From an uncultured archaeon (GTDB taxonomy: Archaea > Asgardarchaeota > Lokiarchaeia > Sigyniarchaeales > SOKP01), in NCBI GenBank assembly GCA_964525635.1, contig CAZGJX010000003.1:32001-96000 (forward strand): 64,000 nucleotides of DNA, written 5' to 3'. The translations under genes and the position numbers were made by a program. Each line of letters begins with the position of its first letter. Positions within the stretch are counted from its first letter, which is position 1. Below are positions 40,584 through 51,553 of this stretch, piece by piece. The notes below the pieces were generated by a model. The model did no database searches. It saw nothing but the letters and a program-made list of their open reading frames with translations, and was not told where the DNA came from.

Positions 40584-42068
40584 ATGAGTTATAAAGCTCC
40601 AAATGAAAAAGATTTAGAATCTTTAAAATCAATTGTGGGTAAGGACTATGCTTCAATGGATGAAGCAATTACAGCATCTTATTTATCTAAATCTGTTATG
40701 GGTTTAGAAGGTCAAATTCCTGATATTGTCATACGACCAAAATATGTTGAAGAAATCAGGAAAATATTACTTTATTGTTCAGAAGAAAAAATAGCGGTAA
40801 GTCCCGTTTCTGGTGGCCTTTCAGGAGGATTTGCTTGTCCTACAATTAAACCTGCTGGAGTATTATTAGATTTGGGCAGGATGAATAGAATTATTGAGAT
40901 AGATGAGGATAATCGATATGCAATAATTGAACCAGGTGTTACAAACGGGCAAATTTGGGCATATATGCTTAAAAATAATTCTGATTTTGCCCCACCTATA
41001 GCTGACGGAGCCCCCCCTGCTGCAACAGTCATGGGAGATGCTATTGATCGAGGATTTTCACTTTATACTTCAAGTGTTGGACCTCAAGGGGATAATTTTA
41101 TGTGTGCTGAAGTTGTTTTTCCAAATGGAGATGTCTTACGTACTGGATCGTGGGTACTTCCAACAGCTAAACCATTTTACAAGTACGGAATTGGCCCAGA
41201 TATGTGGAGCCTTTTGATGGGTTCCCAAGGAACATTTGGGGTTATAACAAAAGTAGCTGTAAAAATTTATCCTCACCCAAAATATAAGACAATTGTTGCT
41301 TGGGGAATGTCTAATCCTTATGATATGCAGAATGTAACTTATGAATTGGGTATAAGAGAGTTTAGCATTGCCCATAATACAGTTATGGTTCAAGGGGGAA
41401 ATTACCCCTTAATTATGGCTCGATGGCCTAAAGATAAAATCCCCCACGATTATGAATTCTTTAAAGAGATGGGAATACCTAAATGGTGGATGAATTGGGA
41501 ATGTTGGGCTTGGAATGATAGGGAGTTGGAATATATAACAGAAACAATTAATAATCATTGTAAAGAATTTGCAAAGAATAGAGCTAAAGATGGTAATAAT
41601 ATGCAACCATGGGAACTTCATCCAAAACAAATAACGAGTAGATTGAAAAAACCAAATAAAATTGCGATACCTTATGCACTTTGGGAGTCTGGATTTTTAT
41701 TTATCACATGGTATACTCCCTGGAAAGATTGTGCTCAATTCGCTGAAAAATATATATCTATCTTAGAAAAATATGGTTTTCCTCCAGTAATTTGGATTGC
41801 TTCTATTGAACATTGTCGACAAGCAATATGTATGCCAATACTTGTTTTTGATAGTTCAAAATCAGAAGATATCGAACGTGTTCAAGATTTTAATAGGGAG
41901 ACTACCGAATATAGTTTAAAACAAGGTTGGCTTAATTATAGACCTGATCCAAAATTTTCTATAAAAGCATATTATCAATCAGGATTATATTGGAAATATT
42001 TAAGAATGTTTAAAAGATTGGTTGATCCTAATATGATAATGCATCCTGGAAGACTAGGATTACCATAA
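40584..42068 (+). CDS. FAD-binding oxidoreductase (VAO/PCMH/GlcD family)
   Basis: LDLGRMNRI, IEPGVT, GSQGTFGVITK, DPNMIMHPG. Confidence 0.9.
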   Translation: MSYKAPNEKDLESLKSIVGKDYASMDEAITASYLSKSVMGLEGQIPDIVIRPKYVEEIRKILLYCSEEKIAVSPVSGGLSGGFACPTIKPAGVLLDLGRMNRIIEIDEDNRYAIIEPGVTNGQIWAYMLKNNSDFAPPIADGAPPAATVMGDAIDRGFSLYTSSVGPQGDNFMCAEVVFPNGDVLRTGSWVLPTAKPFYKYGIGPDMWSLLMGSQGTFGVITKVAVKIYPHPKYKTIVAWGMSNPYDMQNVTYELGIREFSIAHNTVMVQGGNYPLIMARWPKDKIPHDYEFFKEMGIPKWWMNWECWAWNDRELEYITETINNHCKEFAKNRAKDGNNMQPWELHPKQITSRLKKPNKIAIPYALWESGFLFITWYTPWKDCAQFAEKYISILEKYGFPPVIWIASIEHCRQAICMPILVFDSSKSEDIERVQDFNRETTEYSLKQGWLNYRPDPKFSIKAYYQSGLYWKYLRMFKRLVDPNMIMHPGRLGLP

Positions 42069-42122
42069 AAAATTCTATAATTTCATTTGAATATATTATT
42101 AGACAATTTCATTATGTAAAAT

Positions 42123-43502
42123 ATGATTAAAACTAAAAATAAAAAGCCTGAAAAAACAGATTCTGGATTGCAAATATTATTTGGATTTCCTAAATTCGGA
42201 ACATCATTAATCCTAGGATTAGAAACATTTTCCATGTTTACCCTTTATCCAAGTATTTTTGGATTGAATTACATTCTAACAGGAATTTCTTTAGCATTTG
42301 GTTATATATGTATAGCTTTAGGTCAATTAACTTTTGGATGGTTAAGTGATAGACGCTATACAAAATTAGGAAGAAGAAAACCTTATCTTTTGATATTATC
42401 ACCAGTATTAGGTTTATCTTTTATTTTTCTATTTCTGCCTAATATGTTCTTACCAAATATTGATGATCAAATTATTTTATTTCTTTGGTTATTCACTTTT
42501 GAGGGTTTATTTAAATTTAGTTATGCAGTAACAATCCCTTATCAATCATGGATGGTAGAAGTCTTCCCTAATGAACAAAGACCAGAAGTATCTCAAATAC
42601 AAAATATATTCAATTATATTGGGGTAGGTCTCATGGCAGTTATCACTTTTTTTATATTTGATGAGATATATGATTCTTTTAAAATTAATCCATATCTAAT
42701 TCCAATCAAATATTTATCTATTGTTATAATCACAGGTATTACAATTTGGATAATATTTTATTTAATAGTATTAGTTTTTCCAACGGAACCATATCACGAA
42801 ATTAAACATACTGGTATCAAAGAAAGTATAAAGATTATGAAGGAGAATAAGGATTTAATGAGGGTAATTCTCTCAAATGGTATAGCAGCGATAGCATGGG
42901 CAATTTTTGCTAGTGGTACGTTACTCTTTAATAAAGAAGTATTAGGGTTAGAAAAAACACAATATTTAATCATAGGAGTTTTTCTGGGAATTGGCACTTT
43001 ACTTTTCCTATCTTTTTGGAGAGAAAGAATTGAATTAAAAGGAAAAAAAAAAATTCTTTTACAATTATTGATTATAGCAACTATTTTATCACCAGTCACA
43101 TTATTGGGCTTATTATGTGATTATATTTATCCATTAATTATAGGAATAATATTTACCACTTCAATGGGATTAATAAGAGCAGGTTTGAATTTATTTCCAT
43201 ATATTATATATGCAGATATTTCCCAAGATAATGCAAAAAAATCAGGACAATTATTAGCAGGTATCTTTACAGGATTCCCTCTAATGATTTTAAATGCGTT
43301 TCAAGCTCTTGGAATGATATTATTGGGTATTTTTGGTACCTTTCCAAAAATAACTATTAATTCAATTGAATTTCCGATAGGATTAACTCTATGGGGACCA
43401 GTTTGTTCTATTATATTAATTATAGCTTATCTAATTACAAAAAAATATGTTATTTTAGATTTTGAATGGGAAAAGAAAAAAAATGGTAAAAAAGAAAAAT
43501 AA
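42123..43502 (+). CDS. MFS transporter (GPH/MelB-like)
   Basis: GWLSDRRYTKLGRRKPY motif; about 12 TM helices. Confidence 0.88.
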   Translation: MIKTKNKKPEKTDSGLQILFGFPKFGTSLILGLETFSMFTLYPSIFGLNYILTGISLAFGYICIALGQLTFGWLSDRRYTKLGRRKPYLLILSPVLGLSFIFLFLPNMFLPNIDDQIILFLWLFTFEGLFKFSYAVTIPYQSWMVEVFPNEQRPEVSQIQNIFNYIGVGLMAVITFFIFDEIYDSFKINPYLIPIKYLSIVIITGITIWIIFYLIVLVFPTEPYHEIKHTGIKESIKIMKENKDLMRVILSNGIAAIAWAIFASGTLLFNKEVLGLEKTQYLIIGVFLGIGTLLFLSFWRERIELKGKKKILLQLLIIATILSPVTLLGLLCDYIYPLIIGIIFTTSMGLIRAGLNLFPYIIYADISQDNAKKSGQLLAGIFTGFPLMILNAFQALGMILLGIFGTFPKITINSIEFPIGLTLWGPVCSIILIIAYLITKKYVILDFEWEKKKNGKKEK

Positions 43503-43516
43503 ATTTAGATAAAAGT

Positions 43517-44286
43517 TTAAACGTCTCGTGTTCTAAATCTTAGATAAGCAAGAATAATACTAGGAATTAAATAACATAGCAACATTACTACTACCCAATC
43601 GACTTTTAATATAATAACAATTTCTTCAGAGGTAACTTCACCTCCAAAAATAGATTGTCCGACTAATTCAGAATAAAAAGGGAAATAATAGGGGCTATTG
43701 ACAAAAGCAAGGAGTATTCCAAAAGCAGCTCCTAATATAATCAGTGTAATAAAAGCCATAGTCATAGCTTGAGAACCAGATCGGAAAATGGTACTATGTA
43801 ATATATATATAGCCGCATAAGTGATTCCAGATAAGCAAGAAAGCCCAAACCATATAAATAATTCAGTTGGAATTTGTTGATAATATATAATTGAATAGAT
43901 CATTAATTCAATCAAGCAAGGTCCAATCCATATTAAAATAATTGTTAAAACAGCAAGAGTTTTACCAATAAAAAAGTTTGTTCTCCCTGTTTTAGTAAAA
44001 TTTGTAAGTACTGTTCGTTTATCAAACTCATCTGTTAAAATTCCTCCTGCAAAAAATAGGGAAATAATTAATATTATCATCCCATAATTTTGGGTTATGG
44101 AGGATAAAAACTCTTTCGGATTTGGTGGAAGAAAAAAACCAATGAGAATCCCATATAAATTTATAATTAATATTCCTAAAAAGAGAAGATGTAAATATCT
44201 TTTCTTTTTAGAGATAATTCAAACTTATAAACTTCAGATATTAATCTTGGATTAGTTCCTCTTTTGATTTCTATATCAACGGACAT
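43517..44286 (-). pseudogene. ABC-2 permease, frameshifted near 44200
   Basis: The ATG 44286 frame ends KRKDIYIFSF*; the coding frame resumes RYLHLLFLG... into the track ORF (ILTDEFDKRT, FRTRDV). Confidence 0.7.
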
Positions 44287-44287
44287 T

Positions 44288-45322
44288 TTAATTATAACCT
44301 CTTTTCTTTTTTAATTTAGAATCCGTTTCAATCAGATCTAGATATAAATCTTCTAGACGAGAAGACCTGACTTTACTAAATCCAATTATAGGTAGCTTTA
44401 AATCTAATGATAAAATATCATGTATTTCTTTTCTCGATTTAGGCTTCCCATCATAGTATATATAGAATCCAGATAAATTTTCATTATATTGAACTATTGC
44501 TTTTGTATCTTCAACACAATAAGGAACGATTCTTTCAGATAAATCTTTAGTATAGTATTCAATTTTATTATTTTTGATAGGATCAAGTAATTCAACGGCT
44601 ATTTCTTTTATTGTCATTTTTTGTTCAAGATTAACTATTTTATCAACAGCTATGAGTTCTCCATGATTTATAATGGCAATTCTATCACAGATTTCAGATA
44701 TTTCATATAGCATATGTGAAGATAAGAAAATTGTTTTTCCTAATTCTTTATTTTTTTTCATAATGTTTCTTACTTGTACACGCCCTTCAGAATCCAATCC
44801 GGTTTGAGGTTCATCTAAAACAGCCACAACGGGATCATGAATAAGAGCTTGAGCCAATCCAAGTCATTGTGTCATTCCATTTGAAAATTCTTTAATCTTT
44901 TTATTTTTCCATTGGATCATTTCAACCAAATCTAATACCCAATCAATTTGCTGTTCTATTTTATGTCTTGGAACACCTAATAAACTACAATAATAGCTAA
45001 GATTCATTTTTGGTGTTGCCTATCCATAAAAAGCGGGTATATCAATTAAAAAACCAAATTTTTTGTATAATTCTAATGGGTGATCATTTATATTAATAAA
45101 ATCTCCATTACCTGTGTTAATTTCAATAAATCCAGAGGTTGGTTTAACTAATCCACCGAGCATCTTCATCGTAGCTGTTTTACCCGCACCATTTGGTCCT
45201 ACAAATCCTAAAATCTCTCCTTTTTAAACTTCAAGATTCAATTTATTCACCGCTATAAGATCACTATATTCCTTAGTTGTGTTATTAAATCTTGCGATAG
45301 TGTTATCTATCATATTTCTCAT
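44288..45322 (-). pseudogene. ABC ATP-binding protein with two nonsense codons
   Basis: [19 protein letters not shown] (TAA 45224-45226) and GMTQ*LGLAQAL (TGA 44864-44866). Confidence 0.85.
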
Positions 45323-45553
45323 TTAATTTGATTTAGAATCATATCAATTATCTTTTGTTTGAAAAAAGTCATATTTAATTTTAAAAAGATTTGGAGTCCA
45401 ATTTTTCAATTTATAAGAGTGCCATGACCTTAAATAAGAAAATATAATCAGATGTAACTTTTTAAAAAATAACTGAAATTGAATTAATCATTATAATTAA
45501 AATCAAAATTCTTTTAATTGATTTATTTTTATTAATTAAATAGAATAATCATA

Positions 45554-46966
45554 ATGAATATAAGGGAAATGTCAAAGTCAGGAATAGAACGATTAGAAGA
45601 ATTAAAGTCAAAAATCTATCAATGTATTCATTGTAAGGCTTGTAGATTTGCCTATTCAGGTCAACCAAGTAAGGAAGGCATTGGTGAATATGAAGGGAAA
45701 CAGGGAAAAATTCTTTATGAAGGTATGATTGATTCCTGCCCTGCAGGTATTGAATATGGTTGGGAAGCTTTCTGGAATGCTGGGATAATCTGGATTGCTC
45801 GTTCTATTTTAAGTGGAGATCTAAATATTTCTGAATCCGTGAGAGATGTTATTATGCCATGTATTACATGTGGAATGTGTTCAACTCAATGTGAAAATAA
45901 AATTCCAACTGTAGATATCATTGAAGCCTTAAGAGCTGCTTGTGTTGAGGCAGGTGTACCTTTAGTAGAAAAACATGAAGTAATTAAAAAATTAGTAGAA
46001 GAACTGAATAATCCGTATGGAGGAAAAGCTGAAGAACGTTTTCAATGGGTAAAGGATGCTGGTTTCGAAAAATATATTAACAATAAAGATGCAAAAATCG
46101 CTTATTATGTTGGATGTACAGCAAGTTATCGTCAAAAAGAAATCGCTATTGCAACCTGTAAAATTTTTGAAAAGCTTGGAATTAATTTCACCCTGATCCG
46201 TGAAGAAGTTTGCTGTGGAAGTCCATTTTTCAGAATTGGAGCCACAGAAACAGCCCAAGAATTAATGAAAAAAAATCTTGAGAGTTTTAAAAAAGTAAAA
46301 AAAATATTTTTCTCCTGTGCTGGATGTTATAGAACTTTTACAATTGATTATCCAAAATGGAATAAATCAAAAAAAAATCCATTTCAGACATTACATGCTT
46401 TTGAATTAATCACACAATTGATAATTGATGATAAAATTAAATTTAAAGCAAATAAAAATCTGAAGGATAAGGTAGTTACTTATCATGATCCATGTCATAC
46501 GGGTAGACACTTTGGTATCGAATTTGAACAAGAACTTATTGAACAGAGTGAAAATTTAATGTTTGATATGAGGAAACTCAATGAAAAACTTGAGGAATGG
46601 TTTGAAAAACCACGTATCATTCTAAAAAAGTTAGAAGAAGATGTAGGAATTCAATTTAAAGAGATGTATCGTATTAAAATGGATTCTATGTGTTGTGGGG
46701 CTGGAGGCGGAGTAAGAGCAGCTTATCCAGATTTCTCTCTAAAAACTGCAAGTCTAAGGTGTGATGAAGCCAATGCTATAGGCGCAGATATATTAACCAC
46801 AGAATGTCCCTTTTGTTTTCGAAATTTAAGTGATGCTAATGAGAAATTTAAACATGAATTACAAGTGTATGGATTATTGGAAATTATCGATAAATTCGAT
46901 TTATTAGAGATAATAGATACTCCATCTGAAGAATATGTATTAGATTTAAGGAGAAATATTCTCTGA
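45554..46966 (+). CDS. HdrD/GlpC/GlcF-like Fe-S oxidoreductase (4Fe-4S plus two CCG domains)
   Basis: CIHCKAC, CITCGMCSTQC, CCGSP, YHDPCH, CCGAGGG, CPFC. Confidence 0.9.
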   Translation: MNIREMSKSGIERLEELKSKIYQCIHCKACRFAYSGQPSKEGIGEYEGKQGKILYEGMIDSCPAGIEYGWEAFWNAGIIWIARSILSGDLNISESVRDVIMPCITCGMCSTQCENKIPTVDIIEALRAACVEAGVPLVEKHEVIKKLVEELNNPYGGKAEERFQWVKDAGFEKYINNKDAKIAYYVGCTASYRQKEIAIATCKIFEKLGINFTLIREEVCCGSPFFRIGATETAQELMKKNLESFKKVKKIFFSCAGCYRTFTIDYPKWNKSKKNPFQTLHAFELITQLIIDDKIKFKANKNLKDKVVTYHDPCHTGRHFGIEFEQELIEQSENLMFDMRKLNEKLEEWFEKPRIILKKLEEDVGIQFKEMYRIKMDSMCCGAGGGVRAAYPDFSLKTASLRCDEANAIGADILTTECPFCFRNLSDANEKFKHELQVYGLLEIIDKFDLLEIIDTPSEEYVLDLRRNIL

Positions 46967-47076
46967 TATGAAATATCATTTATAGAATTTCTCACTTCTT
47001 CCTTTATTAATTAACCACAAAAAGGTTTTATCTAAGTGATTTTAGATTAGTTTATCAGTAATTTTAATAATTTTCT

Positions 47077-48606
47077 TTAAAAACTTATTACAGCAATCAT
47101 TCCAATTATAATTAAACTTAAATTAATTGATAATATTATAACTTCCAATCTCCTACCCTTCTTTAAAAACCTAAGAATAAATGTTAAATTAACTATTAAT
47201 GCTACATTAAAAATAAATAAAAGAAGAGCACGAATATTATCATCAATAGTAAATGAGGGTAAATGAAAAAGATCACGAACTATAAATAAAATTCCATATA
47301 AAATTAAGCTAAATATTATTATTGCTAATATTGGTTCGAACTTCTTCTGCTTACGGATCCACTTCCCCAATTTATTATATGGATAAGCTATTAAAGTAAT
47401 ACCTATTAGCATAATAGGGAGGGAGATGAACCAAAAAGTTCCAAGATAAACACCATCAAAATAGTTATAAAATATAAGACTATTTGTTTTTACTGAAAGG
47501 TTATGTAGTATATAAATTGCAAATATCTCTCTACCAGGTAATTCAATTGCTTTCAAAACTTTATTTGGTTTTTTTTTTATCATGGTAAAAGCGAATATAA
47601 GAACAGAATATCCTATCATAGGAAAAATAAATGTTCTAATAATATTTGTAAAAGGAATGTGAATATCTGGTATATTTAGAATTATAAAAGCACGGCTATC
47701 TGTAGTTAAATAGCTTCTATTTCCCCATGGATGCATAAAAGATGCTAAAATCAGGTATAATCCAATAAAAAATGTCAAAGATATAAAAGAAATATTCCTG
47801 ATTGTTACACTTTCCTTTAATTTTTTTAAATTTGCCATATTATCTTGACTTAACCAGTATCCAAACATAACTCCAAAAAAGAATGAGAAATATTTTGGCG
47901 GTAACATATACATACCTTCAATATATAGATCTTGGTTTAGAAGATCTTTACTTAAATCTATAGATAATTCATTTAAATTTGTATAAAAAATAACATAAAG
48001 AACATAAAGAATAATGACTGAAATTAATGTAATATAGAAATATCTTCTTACCAAATAATAAAATAGTGGAAAAATTAAATATACCGATAAAAGAAAAGTA
48101 ATAAACCAATAATGGGCGCAAATCCCCCAGAAATTAGTTCGAGTAGCAAAAGGATATGATTGTAATCCACTTAGATATAATAAATCATTATCTAAAGAAT
48201 AAGGTCTTAAATCATCTTGTTGGAAGTAAAAAATAAAGATGATATTTATTATTACACCTAAAATAAATAAAGGAAAGATCCTTATTAATCTACTTTTATA
48301 CCATTTTAACCACGAATGGTTTTCTCTTTTTCGTGTCTCTATACCAATTACCAACAACATTCCAATAAAAACTATGATAACTTCAACCGTAGGATATCCA
48401 ATCTCTATTAAAAACATGAAAATTGGATGTCTAGTATCTTTAGAAAATGGAATAAATGACATATTCCAATGTTGGACAACAGTGAATAAAATAAAAATAG
48501 CTTTTAATAGATCTATTGCTGAGGAAGTACCTGGATCAATAGGTAACTTGCTTCTTGGAACTTTTTCTAAATTTATTATTGATTCTATTTCATTATTTTC
48601 CGTCAT
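47077..48606 (-). CDS. acyltransferase family 3 (OafA-like) membrane protein
   Basis: IDLLKAIFILFTVVQH, RLIRIFP, YWFI...YLIFP, IYILH. Confidence 0.75.
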   Translation of the reverse strand: MTENNEIESIINLEKVPRSKLPIDPGTSSAIDLLKAIFILFTVVQHWNMSFIPFSKDTRHPIFMFLIEIGYPTVEVIIVFIGMLLVIGIETRKRENHSWLKWYKSRLIRIFPLFILGVIINIIFIFYFQQDDLRPYSLDNDLLYLSGLQSYPFATRTNFWGICAHYWFITFLLSVYLIFPLFYYLVRRYFYITLISVIILYVLYVIFYTNLNELSIDLSKDLLNQDLYIEGMYMLPPKYFSFFFGVMFGYWLSQDNMANLKKLKESVTIRNISFISLTFFIGLYLILASFMHPWGNRSYLTTDSRAFIILNIPDIHIPFTNIIRTFIFPMIGYSVLIFAFTMIKKKPNKVLKAIELPGREIFAIYILHNLSVKTNSLIFYNYFDGVYLGTFWFISLPIMLIGITLIAYPYNKLGKWIRKQKKFEPILAIIIFSLILYGILFIVRDLFHLPSFTIDDNIRALLLFIFNVALIVNLTFILRFLKKGRRLEVIILSINLSLIIIGMIAVISF

Positions 48607-48958
48607 ATAAACAAATTTTAAAATAATATATGAATATTAAATTTAATTTAATACTATAAAGGTAATTATGATTAAATCATCTATTTTTCGCAAATCCAAT
48701 AATTCTTGATTATGATTGTTAATATCAGCTATAATTAACTAAAAATTTATAAAAACAAAAAACCAATCAAATAAATTCCTCGATGATTATAATTATCATA
48801 AAAATAAAATTTTCATATAAATCTGTTGAAAAATTTAGCTTATAGTTATCCTAAGAAAAAAATAATCATAAGGAGATTGAATAAATTAATTTAGAAAAAA
48901 ATACTTGCAGATTTTAAATATCATTTAGAATTGATAAGAAGAGAAGATTTTTGGTATA

Positions 48959-51553
48959 ATGAATATATTATTTGAAAAGATCTTAAAATATAAATTTGAG
49001 ATCATTTGTTTTACTATATTCTTCTATTTTTTATTATATTTAAGGGTCATTACTCCTTATCACGATACTTACTTAGAATGGAAATTTGATCCTTATCACG
49101 ATACTTACTTAGAATGGAAATTTGATTGGGATTTTTATAGACTTATGTACAACGATATAACAATTGTCTTTAACCGGGAGAACCCAGAGGTTATAGCTCC
49201 TTTTTGCTATAGGATTTTAACACCACTTGTAGTAAGATTATTTCCTTTTGAAGACATGACTTTAAACTGGGGATTATATAGTTTTATTTTTATTTATTTA
49301 ACGGGTATAGTGCTTTATTTTATATTTAGAATTTATTTCAATAAATATATCTCAATGGTGGGACTTATTTTATTCTGTTATTTGTGCTTTACCTCTCCAA
49401 CGATTCCTTCATTTGGTGATAGTATATATGATTATTATTTTATGCAATACTATTTTTACATGGTTTTTCATGTTGATCCTTTAGCGTATTTTCTTTTAAT
49501 GTTATGTTTCTATAGTATTTTAAAATCAAATAAAAAATTATTTTGTATTTCTCTCTTATTAGGTATATTAACAAAAGAATCTATTCTATTCACAATTCCG
49601 GTGTATTTAATCCATGAATATTTAAAGAGAAGAAAAATCAAGAATCGAGAAAAATCAATCTATAATTTTCTAAACGGTTTTAAACCCATAGTACCAACTA
49701 TATTAATCTTTATTTTAATGAGAATTATAATTACTCCAAAATCTTCCTTAGAAGAAGTCTATTGGGATGAATACTATCAAGGAAATGAATATATGTCATT
49801 AGGAATGATAGAAGTGTTATTAAAGTATTTAATTTCCGATTATCATGATTTTGGCTGGGGTATATTGGATTATTCAATTCTTTTTTGGAGTCCACTATTA
49901 TTTATTTTATTTTGTTTTAATAAAAAGAAAGATGTCTTCAATTGGTTTAAATTATATAGTGTTTTTATAGCTGCTATATATTTTCAAATGATGATAGCAG
50001 GTGAAAGATCTCGTGCTCTCTTTTTTGGTTTTTTCCCAATACTTTTATTAGCGGTTTCTGGAGTAAATAATATTTATGAAATTATCCAAAAAAAAATCAA
50101 TTATCGAAAAGCAAAAAAAGAGAATAATAACTTACCAATTAAAGAGGTTTTAATAAAAAAAGAAGAATTAATCCCATTGGATCCTATTTCACAATCCCAA
50201 TTATTTTTTAAGCATCCTATTCTTCCAGAGGTACTTTATGGTGCTGTTATTTTAAGAGGGAAGTTGAAATTGGATGTATTAAATAATTCATATAAAAAAG
50301 TTATGGAAAAAAATCCTCATCTTCACGATATTTTAATTAAAAAGCGTGTGGGTGTGTTTTATAAAATATTTAGAAAACCTATTCAACCTCTCCCAATAGG
50401 AGAAATTAATTTGGTAAATTCAAATCTTCCATATCGGGAAAGATTACTTGAACATTTTAAATCTTCATTATCTAAGCATATTGATCCATTTAGAGAACCG
50501 ACTTTTTATGCATATTATGTAAAATTAGATGAAAATATATTTGCTATTGCTTACATTTCTCATCATACTACATTGGATGGAATTGGATTTGTAAATTTTT
50601 ATCAGGAATTATTTTCATATTATTATAAAGAAATCTATAAAAAAGAAAGTGAGTGGTCGAAGTCAGTAGGATTTATAAGCCTTAGAGATAAAAAAAATGA
50701 GGGTAATATAAAAATGGTCCCTTTAATTAAGCCACGATTTTCAATTAAAAAAACTATAAAAACAATAACAGTATTTTTATCATTTAGAAAAGCCCGAAAA
50801 TTCACAATAAACCGTCCTTTATCTGAACTAAGCCATGCAAACCTTTTAAAAATCGAAAAAAATACTTTAAAGAAAATAAAACAATATGGAAAATCACTTA
50901 ATTCTACTGTAAATGATGTTTTATTAGCATTATTATTTAGAACACTCTTTATTATATTTCCTGAGATAGAGAATAAAAAAAAAACCCATTATACAATAAG
51001 CGTACCAATTAATATTAAGAAAAAAATATCACCTAATAAAAGGATTATAAATAACATGACAAGCCTTTTTATTAGCATAGAAGGTTCTCAATTTAGAAAT
51101 GTGGAAAAGATACTTAAAATAATAAACACAACCAAGAAAAAACAAATTGAAATGGGATTAGATATTTATCAATATCATGTTTTACGCATATTATTAAAAA
51201 TCACTCAATTATTTCCCTTTAATCTAAGTCGGAAATTATTTCATAAGTTATTTCAATTCCCATTTACGTCATTATTTAGTAATTTTGGGATATTATGGCC
51301 TGAAATTGTTGATGGAGGCGTTACGGGGAAAAGTTTCTTAACAAAAATTGGAGACGAACTTGAAATATTAGATGTAGATTTGGGTTATTCTCTACTTCCC
51401 CATATTGGACATGAATTTGTTACTTTTACTTATCGAGAGCAACTTCATATTTATCTTTCTACTTATGATGCATTTTTTTCTAAAGAACAATCAAAAAGAT
51501 TTATAGATGTATTCCATCAAGAAATAGAAAAATTATCAAATAAAAAAAGCTAA
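48959..51553 (+). CDS. polytopic membrane domain fused to a condensation (HHxxxDG) acyltransferase domain
   Basis: APFCYRILTP, LTKES membrane domain; ISHHTTLDG, STVNDVLLA, VPIN, FSNFG. Confidence 0.75.
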   Translation: MNILFEKILKYKFEIICFTIFFYFLLYLRVITPYHDTYLEWKFDPYHDTYLEWKFDWDFYRLMYNDITIVFNRENPEVIAPFCYRILTPLVVRLFPFEDMTLNWGLYSFIFIYLTGIVLYFIFRIYFNKYISMVGLILFCYLCFTSPTIPSFGDSIYDYYFMQYYFYMVFHVDPLAYFLLMLCFYSILKSNKKLFCISLLLGILTKESILFTIPVYLIHEYLKRRKIKNREKSIYNFLNGFKPIVPTILIFILMRIIITPKSSLEEVYWDEYYQGNEYMSLGMIEVLLKYLISDYHDFGWGILDYSILFWSPLLFILFCFNKKKDVFNWFKLYSVFIAAIYFQMMIAGERSRALFFGFFPILLLAVSGVNNIYEIIQKKINYRKAKKENNNLPIKEVLIKKEELIPLDPISQSQLFFKHPILPEVLYGAVILRGKLKLDVLNNSYKKVMEKNPHLHDILIKKRVGVFYKIFRKPIQPLPIGEINLVNSNLPYRERLLEHFKSSLSKHIDPFREPTFYAYYVKLDENIFAIAYISHHTTLDGIGFVNFYQELFSYYYKEIYKKESEWSKSVGFISLRDKKNEGNIKMVPLIKPRFSIKKTIKTITVFLSFRKARKFTINRPLSELSHANLLKIEKNTLKKIKQYGKSLNSTVNDVLLALLFRTLFIIFPEIENKKKTHYTISVPINIKKKISPNKRIINNMTSLFISIEGSQFRNVEKILKIINTTKKKQIEMGLDIYQYHVLRILLKITQLFPFNLSRKLFHKLFQFPFTSLFSNFGILWPEIVDGGVTGKSFLTKIGDELEILDVDLGYSLLPHIGHEFVTFTYREQLHIYLSTYDAFFSKEQSKRFIDVFHQEIEKLSNKKS
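49055..49126 (+). repeat. perfect 36-bp tandem duplication (PYHDTYLEWKFD x2)
   Basis: CCTTATCACGATACTTACTTAGAATGGAAATTTGAT at 49055-49090 and 49091-49126. Confidence 0.95.

Noticed and set aside
49055-49126. 36-bp repeat as a CRISPR repeat
   Set aside because: Only two copies, no spacer, and in frame within a CDS
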